Positions 1 through 11,466 of a DNA stretch of 35,422 bases are shown one piece after another; position 1 is the first letter of the stretch, and each line of letters begins with the position of its first letter. The notes under the pieces were generated by a model, which saw only the letters and a list, made by a program, of their open reading frames with translations, had not been told where the DNA came from and ran no database searches. The DNA is from Candidatus Eiseniibacteriota bacterium. GTDB lineage: Bacteria > Eisenbacteria > RBG-16-71-46. The DNA is taken from NCBI GenBank assembly GCA_031366795.1, contig JANLOX010000447.1, positions 1 through 35,422 on the forward strand. The letters are read 5' to 3'. The position numbers and the translations under genes were made by a program.

Positions 1-540
1 CGCGCGCTGCCCCATGCCGATCGGGCACAGCAGGTCGATGATGCGTGTCTCGATGCAGCGGTCCTTGGACTCCAGCATCAGCTTGCGCTCGGGATAGAGC
101 GGCGTGAGGTTGTCGAACAGGACCTTGGCCTTGCCGATCTCCGGGCTTTCGAAGTTCACGGCCTCGACGCGCAGCAGCGCGAAGTAGCGCTCGCCTTCCT
201 TGGGCGGCCGCACCTGGCCCGACACGGTGTCGCCGGTGTGCAGGTCGAAGCGCTTGATCTGCGAGGGCGACACGTAGATGTCGTCCGGCCCCGGCAGGTA
301 GCTGTAGTGTGGCGAACGCAGGAATCCGTAACCCTCAGGCAGGATCTCCAGCACCCCCTGGGCGAAAATCAGGCCGTTCTTCTCGGTCTGCGCCTCGAGG
401 ATCTTGAACGTCAGCTCCTGCTTGCGCAGCCCGCTCGTGCCCTGGATCCCAAGATCCTGTGACACCTGGAGCAGCTCAGCCATGGTCTTGGTCTTGAGCT
501 CCTGGAGCTCCATCGTGGTCTGGATGGTCTGGCTTTCCAT
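1..540 (-). CDS. rho: Transcription termination factor Rho (5' part; runs off window start)
   Basis: Manual translation from ATG at 540: [24 protein letters not shown]...[62 protein letters not shown]...[10 protein letters not shown]...[14 protein letters not shown]. These are the Rho RNA-binding and ATPase-start motifs. GAGAGG SD at 551-556. Absent from the ORF track because the stop lies outside the window. Confidence 0.98.
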   Translation of the reverse strand, partial: MESQTIQTTMELQELKTKTMAELLQVSQDLGIQGTSGLRKQELTFKILEAQTEKNGLIFAQGVLEILPEGYGFLRSPHYSYLPGPDDIYVSPSQIKRFDLHTGDTVSGQVRPPKEGERYFALLRVEAVNFESPEIGKAKVLFDNLTPLYPERKLMLESKDRCIETRIIDLLCPIGMGQRA

Positions 541-843
541 CGCGAATGCGCCTCTCGAGGGGCTGTTGGGTCTGCCGGCTCGCGGTCCCGTGGTGAGAGA
601 GACCGCCTTGGATTTTAAAATCCTGAGGATGTCCGGGCCCGTGGGGTGTGGGTCGCCGGGATAACAAACTCGATTGGGTCGAGCGTGATTAAGAAGGAGT
701 TTGGGAAACTCTCTTTTGGAACTGGAAATCCGGACTCTGAGCGGAGTCGTCGGAGGCGGCGAAGCCCGGGGTGTTGGAGCACGAGGGGCTGCAGACTCTT
801 GGCTGGGCGGCGCGAAGCGCTGCGCCCAATACCTACTATACTA

Positions 844-872
844 AGGCTAGGGGGAGACCTTCAGGCTGTCAA
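844..872 (-). promoter_or_regulatory. Sigma-70-type promoter for rho
   Basis: Minus strand TTGACA (867-872), 17-nt spacer, TAGCCT (844-849); implies a ~300-nt leader. Confidence 0.7.
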
Positions 873-942
873 GGGGGTAGTCTCGAATTTGGCGCCCAAA
901 ATACATCACTCCGCCCCGGGCCATGGGTTCGCGGCGGCCGGC

Positions 943-2192
943 TCAGGGCCGGAGCGAAATGGGCTCGGAGCTCTGCCGGTGCACGTAACGCCATATCCCG
1001 AGCGGGTCCAGCCAGACCGTGACCTGGCTGCGATGCATATTTTGGAGGCCCGAATTCTGCGCCTGCGGAATATGCGCGTCGTCGTACCGCGCGCCGCCCA
1101 GTGACCCCAGCGGCAACGCCACGCCCCAACCCCAAGTGTCCCCGTCGATCTGTCCCTCGAGATCTTCATAGTGGCCACGCCGGTAGGTGAGCACGTTGGC
1201 GATCGTGATCTCGCCGCCCGAGCCTTCGGTGTGGTAACCGATAACGTGCAGTGCCCCGATGTCGTCAACGTCGGCGGATCCCGAAACGCTTACCCATGGT
1301 GTAAGTCCCGCGATCAACTCACGCTTCAGTTTGCCATGAGTGGCACGCGGCTCCCACGGCCAGTGCCCAGCATCGATGCGACCCGCGGTGCCATGCCGGT
1401 GCTGACGCGTCACGGGGGACGCTTGATCGGCGCTGATAAACGTGACAATCGCATCATCGTTGTAGCTCAACACCGATTTTCCGTAGGCCACATCGATCCG
1501 GATCGGCGGAGCGCCCGGGCTCCGGAAGCCATCATACGGCGTCACGCGCGCGTGGAATCCCCAGTCGCGGGCATCCGTACTGCCTGTCCCATAGGCAGAA
1601 CTCGGCGCCAGCGAGATAAGGACGTGTTTGAGATTGCCCCCGAACGAGGCATCGGCGTAGCGGCTCAGGTCAATATGCGGCTCAGGTCAATATCGCGGCC
1701 GTGGCCAATGCGCACCAGGCTTTCCAGCGTGCGCGCGACACTCACTCCCGCGCCGATCGACCTAACGCGCTCCCACGCATTGAACGTACCGGTGAAGTTG
1801 CCGGCCTCATCGCGCCCTTCGCTCGGGCCATAATCGAGCCGGACTCCACCCCCGCCCGCAGGCTTACCCGAGAGCACGAGGCCAGCACCACCGCCACCGA
1901 GCTCCAGTACATTGCTATTGAGGAACACATGATCGGACAACCCCGGCACGAGCTGCGTGTGCGTGTGGACGTAGCGCACGCCTTGCGCGTATCCCAACAG
2001 CGCGGGGTTGCCCCAGTAATTCAGGTCACCCCAGCTGAGCGCGTTGGATGCGCCACCCATCGCGGCGGAGCGGATCGAGAGATCGATATCCATGGAGCGG
2101 CCCGTGCCCTGCGCGCTCGCGAGCGGGGCGCTCGCGAACAGCACTACCGCCGGAACGAGCGCCAACGTGAACAGCAGGCGCAAGCGTTTCAT
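943..2192 (-). pseudogene. PorV/UPF0164(FadL-like) outer-membrane beta-barrel gene, frameshifted by a 17-bp tandem duplication
   Basis: N-terminal ORF 1665-2192 has a signal peptide and the family motif SIRSAAMGGA...NYWGNPALL. Removing one copy of the duplicated 17-mer joins it in frame (…DIDLSRYADASFGGNLKHVL…DWGFHARVTPYDGF…) to ORF 943-1545, giving 410 aa. Confidence 0.85.
1660..1693. repeat. Exact 17-bp tandem duplication (gcggctcaggtcaatat x2)
   Basis: Copies at 1660-1676 and 1677-1693 read directly from the sequence. Confidence 0.97.
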
Positions 2193-2201
2193 GCGCGCCT
2201 A

Positions 2202-2866
2202 CTAGTGCGCCACGCGCGAAATGGGCACGCGCACCGTGACGACCGGCGGATCCATCGTGCAGCCCACCAGGGGGCTGGTGGGTGCTGCCGCGACCTTCAG
2301 CGTGTCGTGCCCTGCCTCGAGCTTGATCGTCGCGAGCCGGATGCTGTCGAGCTTCGCCACGACCGCGCGCGGCCCGCGCACGTGAATGAAGGCAGGGCTC
2401 GCGGCCCATTCGCCACTCCACTGCGACCCCGCCGGCAGGCCACCGTCGATGCGCGCGGCGACCGGCACGTCGCGCTGGCCAATGCGGTCGATCTGCAGCT
2501 CGAGCATCTGCGGACCCTGGAAGCGCGACACCTCGAGCCCGACCTGTGCGACCATCGGCAGGTCCTGAACGGTGAGCCCACGCTGGAAATGCCCGGGGCC
2601 CACGCCGGCGAGCGACACCACGAGGCTGGGCTCCGCGATGCGCAGGCGGATCAACTGTTTGCCCGTGCCCTTGAGTTCAGCGGTTACGACGGTGGGTGAC
2701 TGCGACACCACGGCCAGTGAGTCGTCGAGATGTGCGACCTTTACCGGGAACGACATCGTCAGCGTGGCGGGCCGGTCGGTGTAGACATGCAGGTACACAA
2801 CGAGCGCCAGCAACAGCGCCACGAGCTTGAGCCCCACGTTTTCGAACAGCAGGCTGCGTATGAGGT

Positions 2867-2870
<4 letters not shown>
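2202..2870 (-). CDS. CdaR/YbbR-like domain membrane protein
   Basis: N-terminal ENVGLKLVALLLALVVYLHV anchor followed by two YbbR-like repeats (VTAELKG..., FIHVRGPRAVV); ATGA overlap with the upstream regulator. Confidence 0.8.
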
Positions 2871-4302
<1,432 letters not shown>

Positions 4303-4303
<1 letters not shown>

Positions 4304-5607
4304 CACTCCTTCACGCGTGGCAACCGCACCGTGCACGTCGTGCCGCATCCTTCACTGCTCTCGATCGCGAGCGTCCCACCCGCCGATTGCGCCAGGCGCC
4401 GCGCCAGGAACAACCCGAGACCCGAACCCTGGGGCTTGGTCGTCACGAAGGGTGTCGCGAGCCGCTGCAACAGTTCCCTGGGGATTCCTAAGCCCTCGTC
4501 CGCGATCTCGATTTCGATGAAACCCAAGGCGCTCCGGTCGGCAACCCGCACGCTGCCCCCCTCCGGCATCGCCTCGATCGCGTTGAGCAGCAGGTTCAAG
4601 TACACCTGCTTGAGCGACTCGGGATCGAGCCGGACAGTAGCCGAACCATCGCCCCCGCGCGAGCGTTCGAGCGTCACGCGGCGGGCGCGGAATTCTTCTT
4701 CGAGCAGCGCCAGCGTGGCCTCGAGTGCAGCCAACGCATCGCCATTTTCTCGCGGCGCCTGCTCGCCGCGCGCGAACTCGAGATAACGCGCGACGGTGCG
4801 CGAGAGGCGGTCGGATTCCTCGATGACGAACTGCGCCATCCGCTGCTGCTCGGCATCGCCGCGCTGCAGCCGCTCGGCGGAACCGCGAATGATGGCGAGC
4901 GGGTTCTTGATCTCGTGCGCCAACGTCGCCGTGAGTTGGCCCATCGCCGCGAGGTTCTCGGCGCGCGACAGGCGCCGCTCGAGCCGCGCAGCGGCGAAGG
5001 CGTTGCGCACCAGCAGTGCCGCGAACCCGGCGATGGCGGCGAGGCTCAGTAGCGCGATCAGCGAGAGACGGCGCGCCAGCGATTCGAGCGGGCCTAAGTA
5101 CGCGGGCTCGGCCTCGACGGCGATGACGGCGATGGCGCGGCCGCCCTCGAGCACCGGGGCGAGTGCTGCGCGCAGCGTGACTCCATTATGCACGTATGCC
5201 GGCGATATCATCGCTTGCCCGCGCAGGGCGAGCGCGAGCGTGGGGCCTGCGAGCGTGTCGAGCGCGCTGGGGAAGCGCTCCGAGTCCTCGGCGAGCCGGG
5301 CATCCACCAGGGTCATGCGCGTGGTGTCGATCAACGAAGCGTTGGCGAGCCCGGTCGCGCTGCTCAGCGTCACCAGTTGCACCTGCACCGCGAGGTAGCC
5401 GCTGCCGTCTTCGCCCAGCAGGCGCGCGTCCGCGACGGTCTCGGGCGAGATCTGCGAGGCCGCGGTGCGCGCGACGCGGCCCAGCCGCGCCTCGAACTCG
5501 CCGGCCATCGCGTCATGCACGCGGACCCACGCCAGCCAGCACGCCGTGACGGTGACGATGGCAGTGGCGGCGGCCAGCAGCAGCGTGGTGAGAATGGTTC
5601 GCCTCAG
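4303..5607 (-). CDS. Membrane sensor histidine kinase (probable CTG start at 5607)
   Basis: H-box LAHEIKNPL, N-box NLLLNAIEAM, G boxes DEGLG and GSGLGL. The first TM helix (TILTTLLLAAATAIVTVTACWLAW) lies upstream of the track start at 5520. GGAGG sits 6 nt before CTG. Confidence 0.9.
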
Positions 5608-5655
5608 CGTCGCCCTCCCTGCGCCCCGTGACTGCGGGGCCTCGAGGCGGACACG

Positions 5656-6399
5656 TCAGCGCTCGAGGCGGCCGATGACGACGGTGATGTTGTCGTTGCC
5701 GCCGCGCTGGTTGGCCAGCGCGATGAGCTGCTCACACGCAATGTTGAGATCGGGGCCCGAGGCGATCCGGGCGATCTCATCGTCCTCGACGAGCGTGTGC
5801 AAGCCGTCGCTGCATACCACCAGCGTGTCACCCGTCCGCAACGGGTCATCGACCTGCGCCACGTCGACATCGACTTCAGCAGCGACGCCGACACTGCGCG
5901 TGACGACATTGCGGCGCGGATCGACCTTCGCCTGCGCAGGCGTCAGGTGCCGGTGCTCGACCAGCTGCGCCACCAGCGAGTGATCGTGCGTGAGCTGCTC
6001 GATCGCACCCTCGCGCACGCGATAGGCGCGGCTGTCGCCGACGTGCGCGAAGAACGCGGCTTCGCCCTGCACCACGACGGCGGTGCAGGTGGTGCCCATG
6101 CCGCGCATCTCGGGATGGGCGCGGCTGTGCTCGTGAATCACATGGTTGGCGGTCTCGACCGCGTGTTCGAGATCATCGAGCACGCTGTTGCCGCCCTCGC
6201 GGTAGGTCTCGAGCACGCAATCGATGGCGAGCTGGCTGGCGACCTCGCCCGCCTGCGCGCCGCCCATGCCGTCGGCGACCACGAGCAGCACGCCGCGCGC
6301 CTCGGCATCGGGGTCATCAGGCCTCCACACCGCAAAGCGGTCCTCGTTCTGCGACCGCTTGAGGCCGACGTCAGTACCCGCGCCTACGCGAACCGGCAT
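5656..6399 (-). CDS. PP2C-family Ser/Thr protein phosphatase (PrpC/Stp1-like)
   Basis: Motifs TDVGLKRSQNED, VADGMGG, GTT, HVGDSRAY, LTHDHS, CSDGL, GGNDNIT; ATG at 6399 with GGAGA SD. Confidence 0.95.
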   Translation of the reverse strand: MPVRVGAGTDVGLKRSQNEDRFAVWRPDDPDAEARGVLLVVADGMGGAQAGEVASQLAIDCVLETYREGGNSVLDDLEHAVETANHVIHEHSRAHPEMRGMGTTCTAVVVQGEAAFFAHVGDSRAYRVREGAIEQLTHDHSLVAQLVEHRHLTPAQAKVDPRRNVVTRSVGVAAEVDVDVAQVDDPLRTGDTLVVCSDGLHTLVEDDEIARIASGPDLNIACEQLIALANQRGGNDNITVVIGRLER

Positions 6400-6487
6400 G
6401 CGGCAGTTCTCCGGAATCAGGAATCCACGCCGGCCGCGGTTGAGCGGGGTCGCCAACGCGAACCCTGCCACTCTCCCACCCGCCGGA

Positions 6488-9400
6488 TCAGTTGAGCGCG
6501 ACCAGGCGTCGAGTGAACGTCCGGCCCGCGACCTCAAGACGATAGTAGTAAACACCCGCGCGAACCAGTGCACCGGTTTCGTCGCGCAGGTCCCACGCCG
6601 TCGCGTGAACTCCCGCAGCCTGCGTTCCGCTGACCAGCGAGCGCACGCGCCGCCCGCCCACATCGTAGACGGCAAGGTTCACCAGGCCGTCCACGGGCAT
6701 CGCGTAATCGATGCGCGAGCGCGTCGCCGCGGGGTTCGGCGCACCGGCACCGAGCGCGTACTCGAGCGGTTGCACTGCGACGCCAAGCGGTGGCGTGCCG
6801 TTGACGACGATCTGGAGGAAGCCCGCGGCACCCCAATTGCCGAGCGCGTCGCGGCCGCGCACCCACAGCCGGCGGTTGCCCAGTGCGAAGTTGGAAGTCG
6901 TGAGCGCGGCGCTGACCGCCACCGTCGGCGTACCGAAGCTCCCGCTCATCGCCGCACCCTGACCGGCCACGGCGGGCGAATCGCCGTACGACCACTCGGC
7001 GGCGACGACCGCGGCGCCGCCACTCTTGGCATCGCTCACCGTCGCCGACAAGGTCGCGGCCTGCGTGACATCGATGGGGTTGGGCACCGAATGCACCGAG
7101 CCGGCGACTACCACCGGCCCTGCCACGTCAGCGCCCGCGCGATTGAGGGTGAACACCGCATCGCTCGGATCGGTGGTCGACAGGTTCGGCGTGCCGGCAT
7201 CGGTGACGCGAACGCGCACCAGCGCCTGCGACGAGTTGGGCACTGACGCAAGGCTCCAGGTGTAGGGCGAGACTCCCGGGGCGGCGGTAATCGGGGTCCA
7301 CGATGCGCCGCCGTCCAGCGAGTACTCGATCGCGCGCGAGGCCACGCCACCGGGCACCGTTTCGGTCCAAGCGATGTTCACACTGCTCGAGGTGACGACT
7401 TCGCCGCCATTCGGTGAGGTTACGGCGACCGTCGGCTTGTCGCGTCCGATCAGCCATACCAGCGTCTTCTGCAGAATGTCGTTGCGCAGGGCCGAGGCCT
7501 CGTTGGCATTGTCGATCATCGCCCACTCGAAGTAGTTCGTGGCGAGCCGCGAGGTCTGCCCGCCCCACACACCTTGCGCGGCGCTGCCGAGTGGCGAGCC
7601 GCTCTCCCACCGGAAGCCGCAGTTGTCGGGGACGGGACTCCCGCTGATCCAGTCGTAGCTGGCGGTGCCGCTGCCCGGAATGGATGCCACCTCGTCACCG
7701 GCAGCACCCGACCGGTAGGGCGTGTAGGACAGCCCGCCGGCGTAGGCGCCACTGATGGGATCGGCAGCGATGCCGGTCAGGTCAGTCCACGCCGAAGGAT
7801 CGGTCAGCCATTGTGTATGCAGGGTGCCCTGCACCCAGGCATCCGCCGCGGCGGTGTAGTAAGGGGAGCTCGGATCCGAATTCGCCCAAGCGACGTCGTG
7901 CCCGTTTACCGTGAGGCGGCCACCGCCATTGAGGTATGCGGTGATCGAATCACGCGCGGCGTCGGAGAACGGCGGGTAGTGATCGATACCGTTCTGCCAC
8001 CACACCGCGCGGTAGGAACGCATTCCGTTCGTGTTGTTGCCGAGTTGCGGTGCCGCCGAAAGGTTGCCCGACCACAGGTCGTAGCTCCATCCCGTCGCGG
8101 CGAGCGCATTGGCATAGCGTGAGGCGCGCTCGTAGGAGTTGCCGTCATAGACGAGCAACAGGTCGGCGTGCACGCCGGGCGTGAAGCGGTAGTGGACCCC
8201 ACCGTTGTCATCCCGCGTAACGTTGCCATTCAGGTCCATCGATTCGACATCGAAGTAGTACAACTGGTTCGAGAGGAGCCCGGTGATCACCTCCGAGTGC
8301 GACAGCACGGCGAGCAGGTCAAGCGTGGTGTATTGCCCGAGCGCCGGCGTCGTGCCGTAATAAATGGTCGAGTTGGCGCTCACGTTCGTGGTCCAGGTCA
8401 CCACGGCCGCGCCGAGCCCCGCGCCCTGGGCGAACACATTGGTGATCATCGGCGGCTCGAGGCCCACCATCGCCTTGGCGACGATCGTGGCGCTCGGAGA
8501 GGCATCCATGTAGGTCGCCGTGATCTGGTCGCCGTTGGACACCTTGAGGATGTGATCCCCGACCGTGCCCGACTGCGGCGACAAGCCGATCGATCCGTTG
8601 AAAATCCCGTTCGATCCCGAAAGCACCACGGTCTCGCCCGCGGGCTCGGTGGGTGAGGCGATGTTCACGTTGAGCGGCCCGCTCGCGTTGGTATCGGTCA
8701 CGCGCAGGTGCACGATGTTGCCCGAACCGTACGAGCCCTGGTCGAGCGCCAACGCGCCCGCGGTGCTGCCGAGCCCGCCCGTGATCACCAGCGCGTAGGC
8801 CTGCGGTCCCGCCGGGATGCTGGTGCCATTGACATGCACTGTCCATACACCCGTCGCGGGCGAAGTGATGCGGACGCACTCCTCGACATTGCGGTTATCA
8901 GCCGAGCCACCAGCGACCGAGACGCCGCCGGTGAATGCGTTGCCGATGAAGGCCGTGACCCCTTTGCTGACGGTGAGGTCGAGATTGTTCACCAACTGAA
9001 CCGCGGCCAGCGGGCTGCCGGGATAGTCGGTCCACACCAGCGAGATTTTAAGCGGCTGGCTCGCATCGGTCACGTTGATGGAGTAGTCGATCGCCTGGCC
9101 GTTGCCGATGCCCAGCGTCTGGTCGATGAGCAGCAGACGGCGCGTGTCGCCCGAGAAGTACAGCACGCTGTCGGCATCGATACGGCCCCAGCCAATGTTG
9201 ACATCGGGCGCGTTGAAGCCCGTCATCACATTGTTGCCAGAACCCACCACCATCGCCTTGAGCAACGCCGCCGAAGGCGCGAATGCATTGGCCGGCACCT
9301 TGGTACCCGTCGGGTACCAGCCTTCGGTCAGGTACTGGCGCATCAACGCGGCGCAACCTGCCGAAGCAGGGCACGCCATCGAAGTGCCGCTGAGCGAGGC

Positions 9401-11218
9401 GTAGGTCGAGTCGCCGGTCGTCGAGGAGACCACGCCGTTGCCCGGGGCGACGATGGTCGGTTTGGTGCGCCCATCGGCGCACGGGCCGCGGCTCGAGAAC
9501 CCGGCCAATGAAGTGGACGAGGCACCGTTGCCGCTGGCGCCGACGCTGACGATGTTCTTAGCACTTCCCGGCGAACCCACCGTGGTGGCGCTGGGGCCGG
9601 CGTTGCCATTGGAATAGAAGATCAGGAAGTCGGGGTGGTTCCACATGAACTGGTCCACCTGCTGCGATTCCATTGTGTACGCGCCGGCGACGTCGCTGCC
9701 CCACGAGTTCGAAGCGATGCGCGCGGCGCCACCCGCGTTCCCGGCGTAGCCGGGCTGGAACAGGTCGTTGAGATCGGGTGGCGTGAGCAGGCCGGTGCCG
9801 AGCGCCGGCCCCGACATGTCGGTGAACCACAGCTTGGCGTTCTTCGCCATGCCGTCATTCGTGCTGGTGCCGTAGGCGTCGTTGTTGCCCGCCGCGGTTC
9901 CGGCGGTGTGGCTGCCATGGAAGGCGCCGTGATCGCCGAATGCAATCGTCACGTCATTCGTCGAGCGACCGTAGGCCAGCAACTTGCGGTGCGTGGGGTA
10001 GCTGCCGAAGGTGTTGATCGGCACCAGCGGATCTTTAAAGGCGATGTGCTGCGTGTTCAGGCCGGAGTCGGTGGTCATCACCACCTGGCCCTCTCCCTTG
10101 ATCCCGAGGTCCCACAGGCGGCGGTTGTTGAGCACACCCGTCTGCACAATGCCCTGCGCGCTGGCGTTGTCCGTATGCGGCCCGACGAACGGCTCGATCC
10201 ACGCCACGTCGCTGTCGAGCGACAGCGCGTCCACGCCGGCGCGCGTCAATTCGAGGCGCATCACTTTGTTGATGCCATTGTCGGACGATGCGAGGACGGT
10301 CGCCCCCGCCGCGCGCGCCGCAACCAGAGCCACCGTGAGGTCGGCGTCCGGAAACAACAGCACGCTGACGGTTTGGCGTGCGGTGGATTCGGTGGCGATG
10401 CGATTGCTCAACTTGTACGCCGGCTGGTAGGCGCCCACCCACGCGCCGGGAAGAGCGAGCGTCAAGGCACCGGCTGCGTTCATGCGCACGAGGAAAGTGT
10501 GGTCAGGCAGGTAGCTCACGACCTGTCCGCCCGAGGCGAGAATCGACCGGCTGGTCTGCGAGGGATCGGCATCGTCGTAGTAGACGAGATAGCTCTGGCG
10601 CTCGAGCGCCGCGGCAGCCGGCAGGCGTTTGGAGGCGGGCAGGGCAGGCTCGCCCTGTGCGGGATCGATGTCGTAACCGGAAGCCAGGTGCACCATGCGA
10701 TGCGCCGAGGGCTCGGGCATGGCTCGACCGATCGTCGATACCGCTACCAGCGGGGACTGTTCCGACTGGTTCGAGAAGCGATGGATCACGAAGGCCGTGC
10801 GCACCGCGGACATGGTGGTACGGCCCGACTTGGGATCGCGGTCGGCGGCGGCCCACCACAGGCGCGTGTCGGAGGACAGGCTCTTGCCCAGATCTGACCA
10901 TGCCACGACCGGCGACTCCGCGCGCACGACCCGCACGACTCCGGAAGCCGGAACGCTCGTCCAGCCAGTGGGGTCGAAGGGCTGTTCGGAGACGAGGAGA
11001 AAGTGTTCGCTCGTGCCGGGTGCCGGCGTCCAGGCGAACGTCAGACCCGCTTCGCTCAGCGTCGCGTCGCCATTCGGGGCGATCAGTTCCGCGCGATTGG
11101 AATCCGGTAGCGGGCGCGCTTGGAGCAGCGCCGGGGTGAGCAGCAGCAGCGCGATGACGAACAACGCCCACGGCCGCCCTGCATGAACGGCCGGCGCCGG
11201 CTTGCGCACAAACACCAT
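6488..11218 (-). CDS. Large secreted S8 (subtilisin-family, KP-43-like) serine peptidase with Fn3/Ig modules and a FlgD/T9SS-like C-terminal domain
   Basis: Signal peptide; catalytic D (TTDSG), H (HGSHTAG) and S (GTSMA), oxyanion N (SNGN); LKISLVWTD beta domain; C-terminal PNP...YDVGGRRVRSL...WDLRDETG...GVYYYRL. AGGAGG SD before ATG 11218; 1576 aa. Confidence 0.93.
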   Translation of the reverse strand: MVFVRKPAPAVHAGRPWALFVIALLLLTPALLQARPLPDSNRAELIAPNGDATLSEAGLTFAWTPAPGTSEHFLLVSEQPFDPTGWTSVPASGVVRVVRAESPVVAWSDLGKSLSSDTRLWWAAADRDPKSGRTTMSAVRTAFVIHRFSNQSEQSPLVAVSTIGRAMPEPSAHRMVHLASGYDIDPAQGEPALPASKRLPAAAALERQSYLVYYDDADPSQTSRSILASGGQVVSYLPDHTFLVRMNAAGALTLALPGAWVGAYQPAYKLSNRIATESTARQTVSVLLFPDADLTVALVAARAAGATVLASSDNGINKVMRLELTRAGVDALSLDSDVAWIEPFVGPHTDNASAQGIVQTGVLNNRRLWDLGIKGEGQVVMTTDSGLNTQHIAFKDPLVPINTFGSYPTHRKLLAYGRSTNDVTIAFGDHGAFHGSHTAGTAAGNNDAYGTSTNDGMAKNAKLWFTDMSGPALGTGLLTPPDLNDLFQPGYAGNAGGAARIASNSWGSDVAGAYTMESQQVDQFMWNHPDFLIFYSNGNAGPSATTVGSPGSAKNIVSVGASGNGASSTSLAGFSSRGPCADGRTKPTIVAPGNGVVSSTTGDSTYASLSGTSMACPASAGCAALMRQYLTEGWYPTGTKVPANAFAPSAALLKAMVVGSGNNVMTGFNAPDVNIGWGRIDADSVLYFSGDTRRLLLIDQTLGIGNGQAIDYSINVTDASQPLKISLVWTDYPGSPLAAVQLVNNLDLTVSKGVTAFIGNAFTGGVSVAGGSADNRNVEECVRITSPATGVWTVHVNGTSIPAGPQAYALVITGGLGSTAGALALDQGSYGSGNIVHLRVTDTNASGPLNVNIASPTEPAGETVVLSGSNGIFNGSIGLSPQSGTVGDHILKVSNGDQITATYMDASPSATIVAKAMVGLEPPMITNVFAQGAGLGAAVVTWTTNVSANSTIYYGTTPALGQYTTLDLLAVLSHSEVITGLLSNQLYYFDVESMDLNGNVTRDDNGGVHYRFTPGVHADLLLVYDGNSYERASRYANALAATGWSYDLWSGNLSAAPQLGNNTNGMRSYRAVWWQNGIDHYPPFSDAARDSITAYLNGGGRLTVNGHDVAWANSDPSSPYYTAAADAWVQGTLHTQWLTDPSAWTDLTGIAADPISGAYAGGLSYTPYRSGAAGDEVASIPGSGTASYDWISGSPVPDNCGFRWESGSPLGSAAQGVWGGQTSRLATNYFEWAMIDNANEASALRNDILQKTLVWLIGRDKPTVAVTSPNGGEVVTSSSVNIAWTETVPGGVASRAIEYSLDGGASWTPITAAPGVSPYTWSLASVPNSSQALVRVRVTDAGTPNLSTTDPSDAVFTLNRAGADVAGPVVVAGSVHSVPNPIDVTQAATLSATVSDAKSGGAAVVAAEWSYGDSPAVAGQGAAMSGSFGTPTVAVSAALTTSNFALGNRRLWVRGRDALGNWGAAGFLQIVVNGTPPLGVAVQPLEYALGAGAPNPAATRSRIDYAMPVDGLVNLAVYDVGGRRVRSLVSGTQAAGVHATAWDLRDETGALVRAGVYYYRLEVAGRTFTRRLVALN

Positions 11219-11466
11219 GACTCCTCCTGAGCGGTGGATAGCAGGAAGCACTGGGAGTAGCGGACAGTGAGGATGGCATCGCGACGGCCGAACGGCCCCG
11301 TAAGGCAGGGAGTTCCGCCACGCCCGAGAGGGGGAAGCGTACCCGTTGAAGTATCTCAAACCTGCATGGCGACCGAAACCCAAAATCCCGGCTTGCCCCA
11401 CGGGCGGCCGGGACTCGGGCTACATCCAAAACATCACAACCCGGGCAATCGCCCCATTGCGGGCTA

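Noticed and set aside
5623..5658. Selenocysteine recoding (SECIS) at the PP2C TGA
   Set aside because: The TGA is at the natural end of a complete PP2C domain, not at a Cys-equivalent position, and the hairpin lacks a typical SECIS loop
11219..11466. Possible riboswitch in the ~250-nt region upstream of the S8 protease
   Set aside because: GC-rich hairpins are possible, but I recognised no aptamer consensus or terminator
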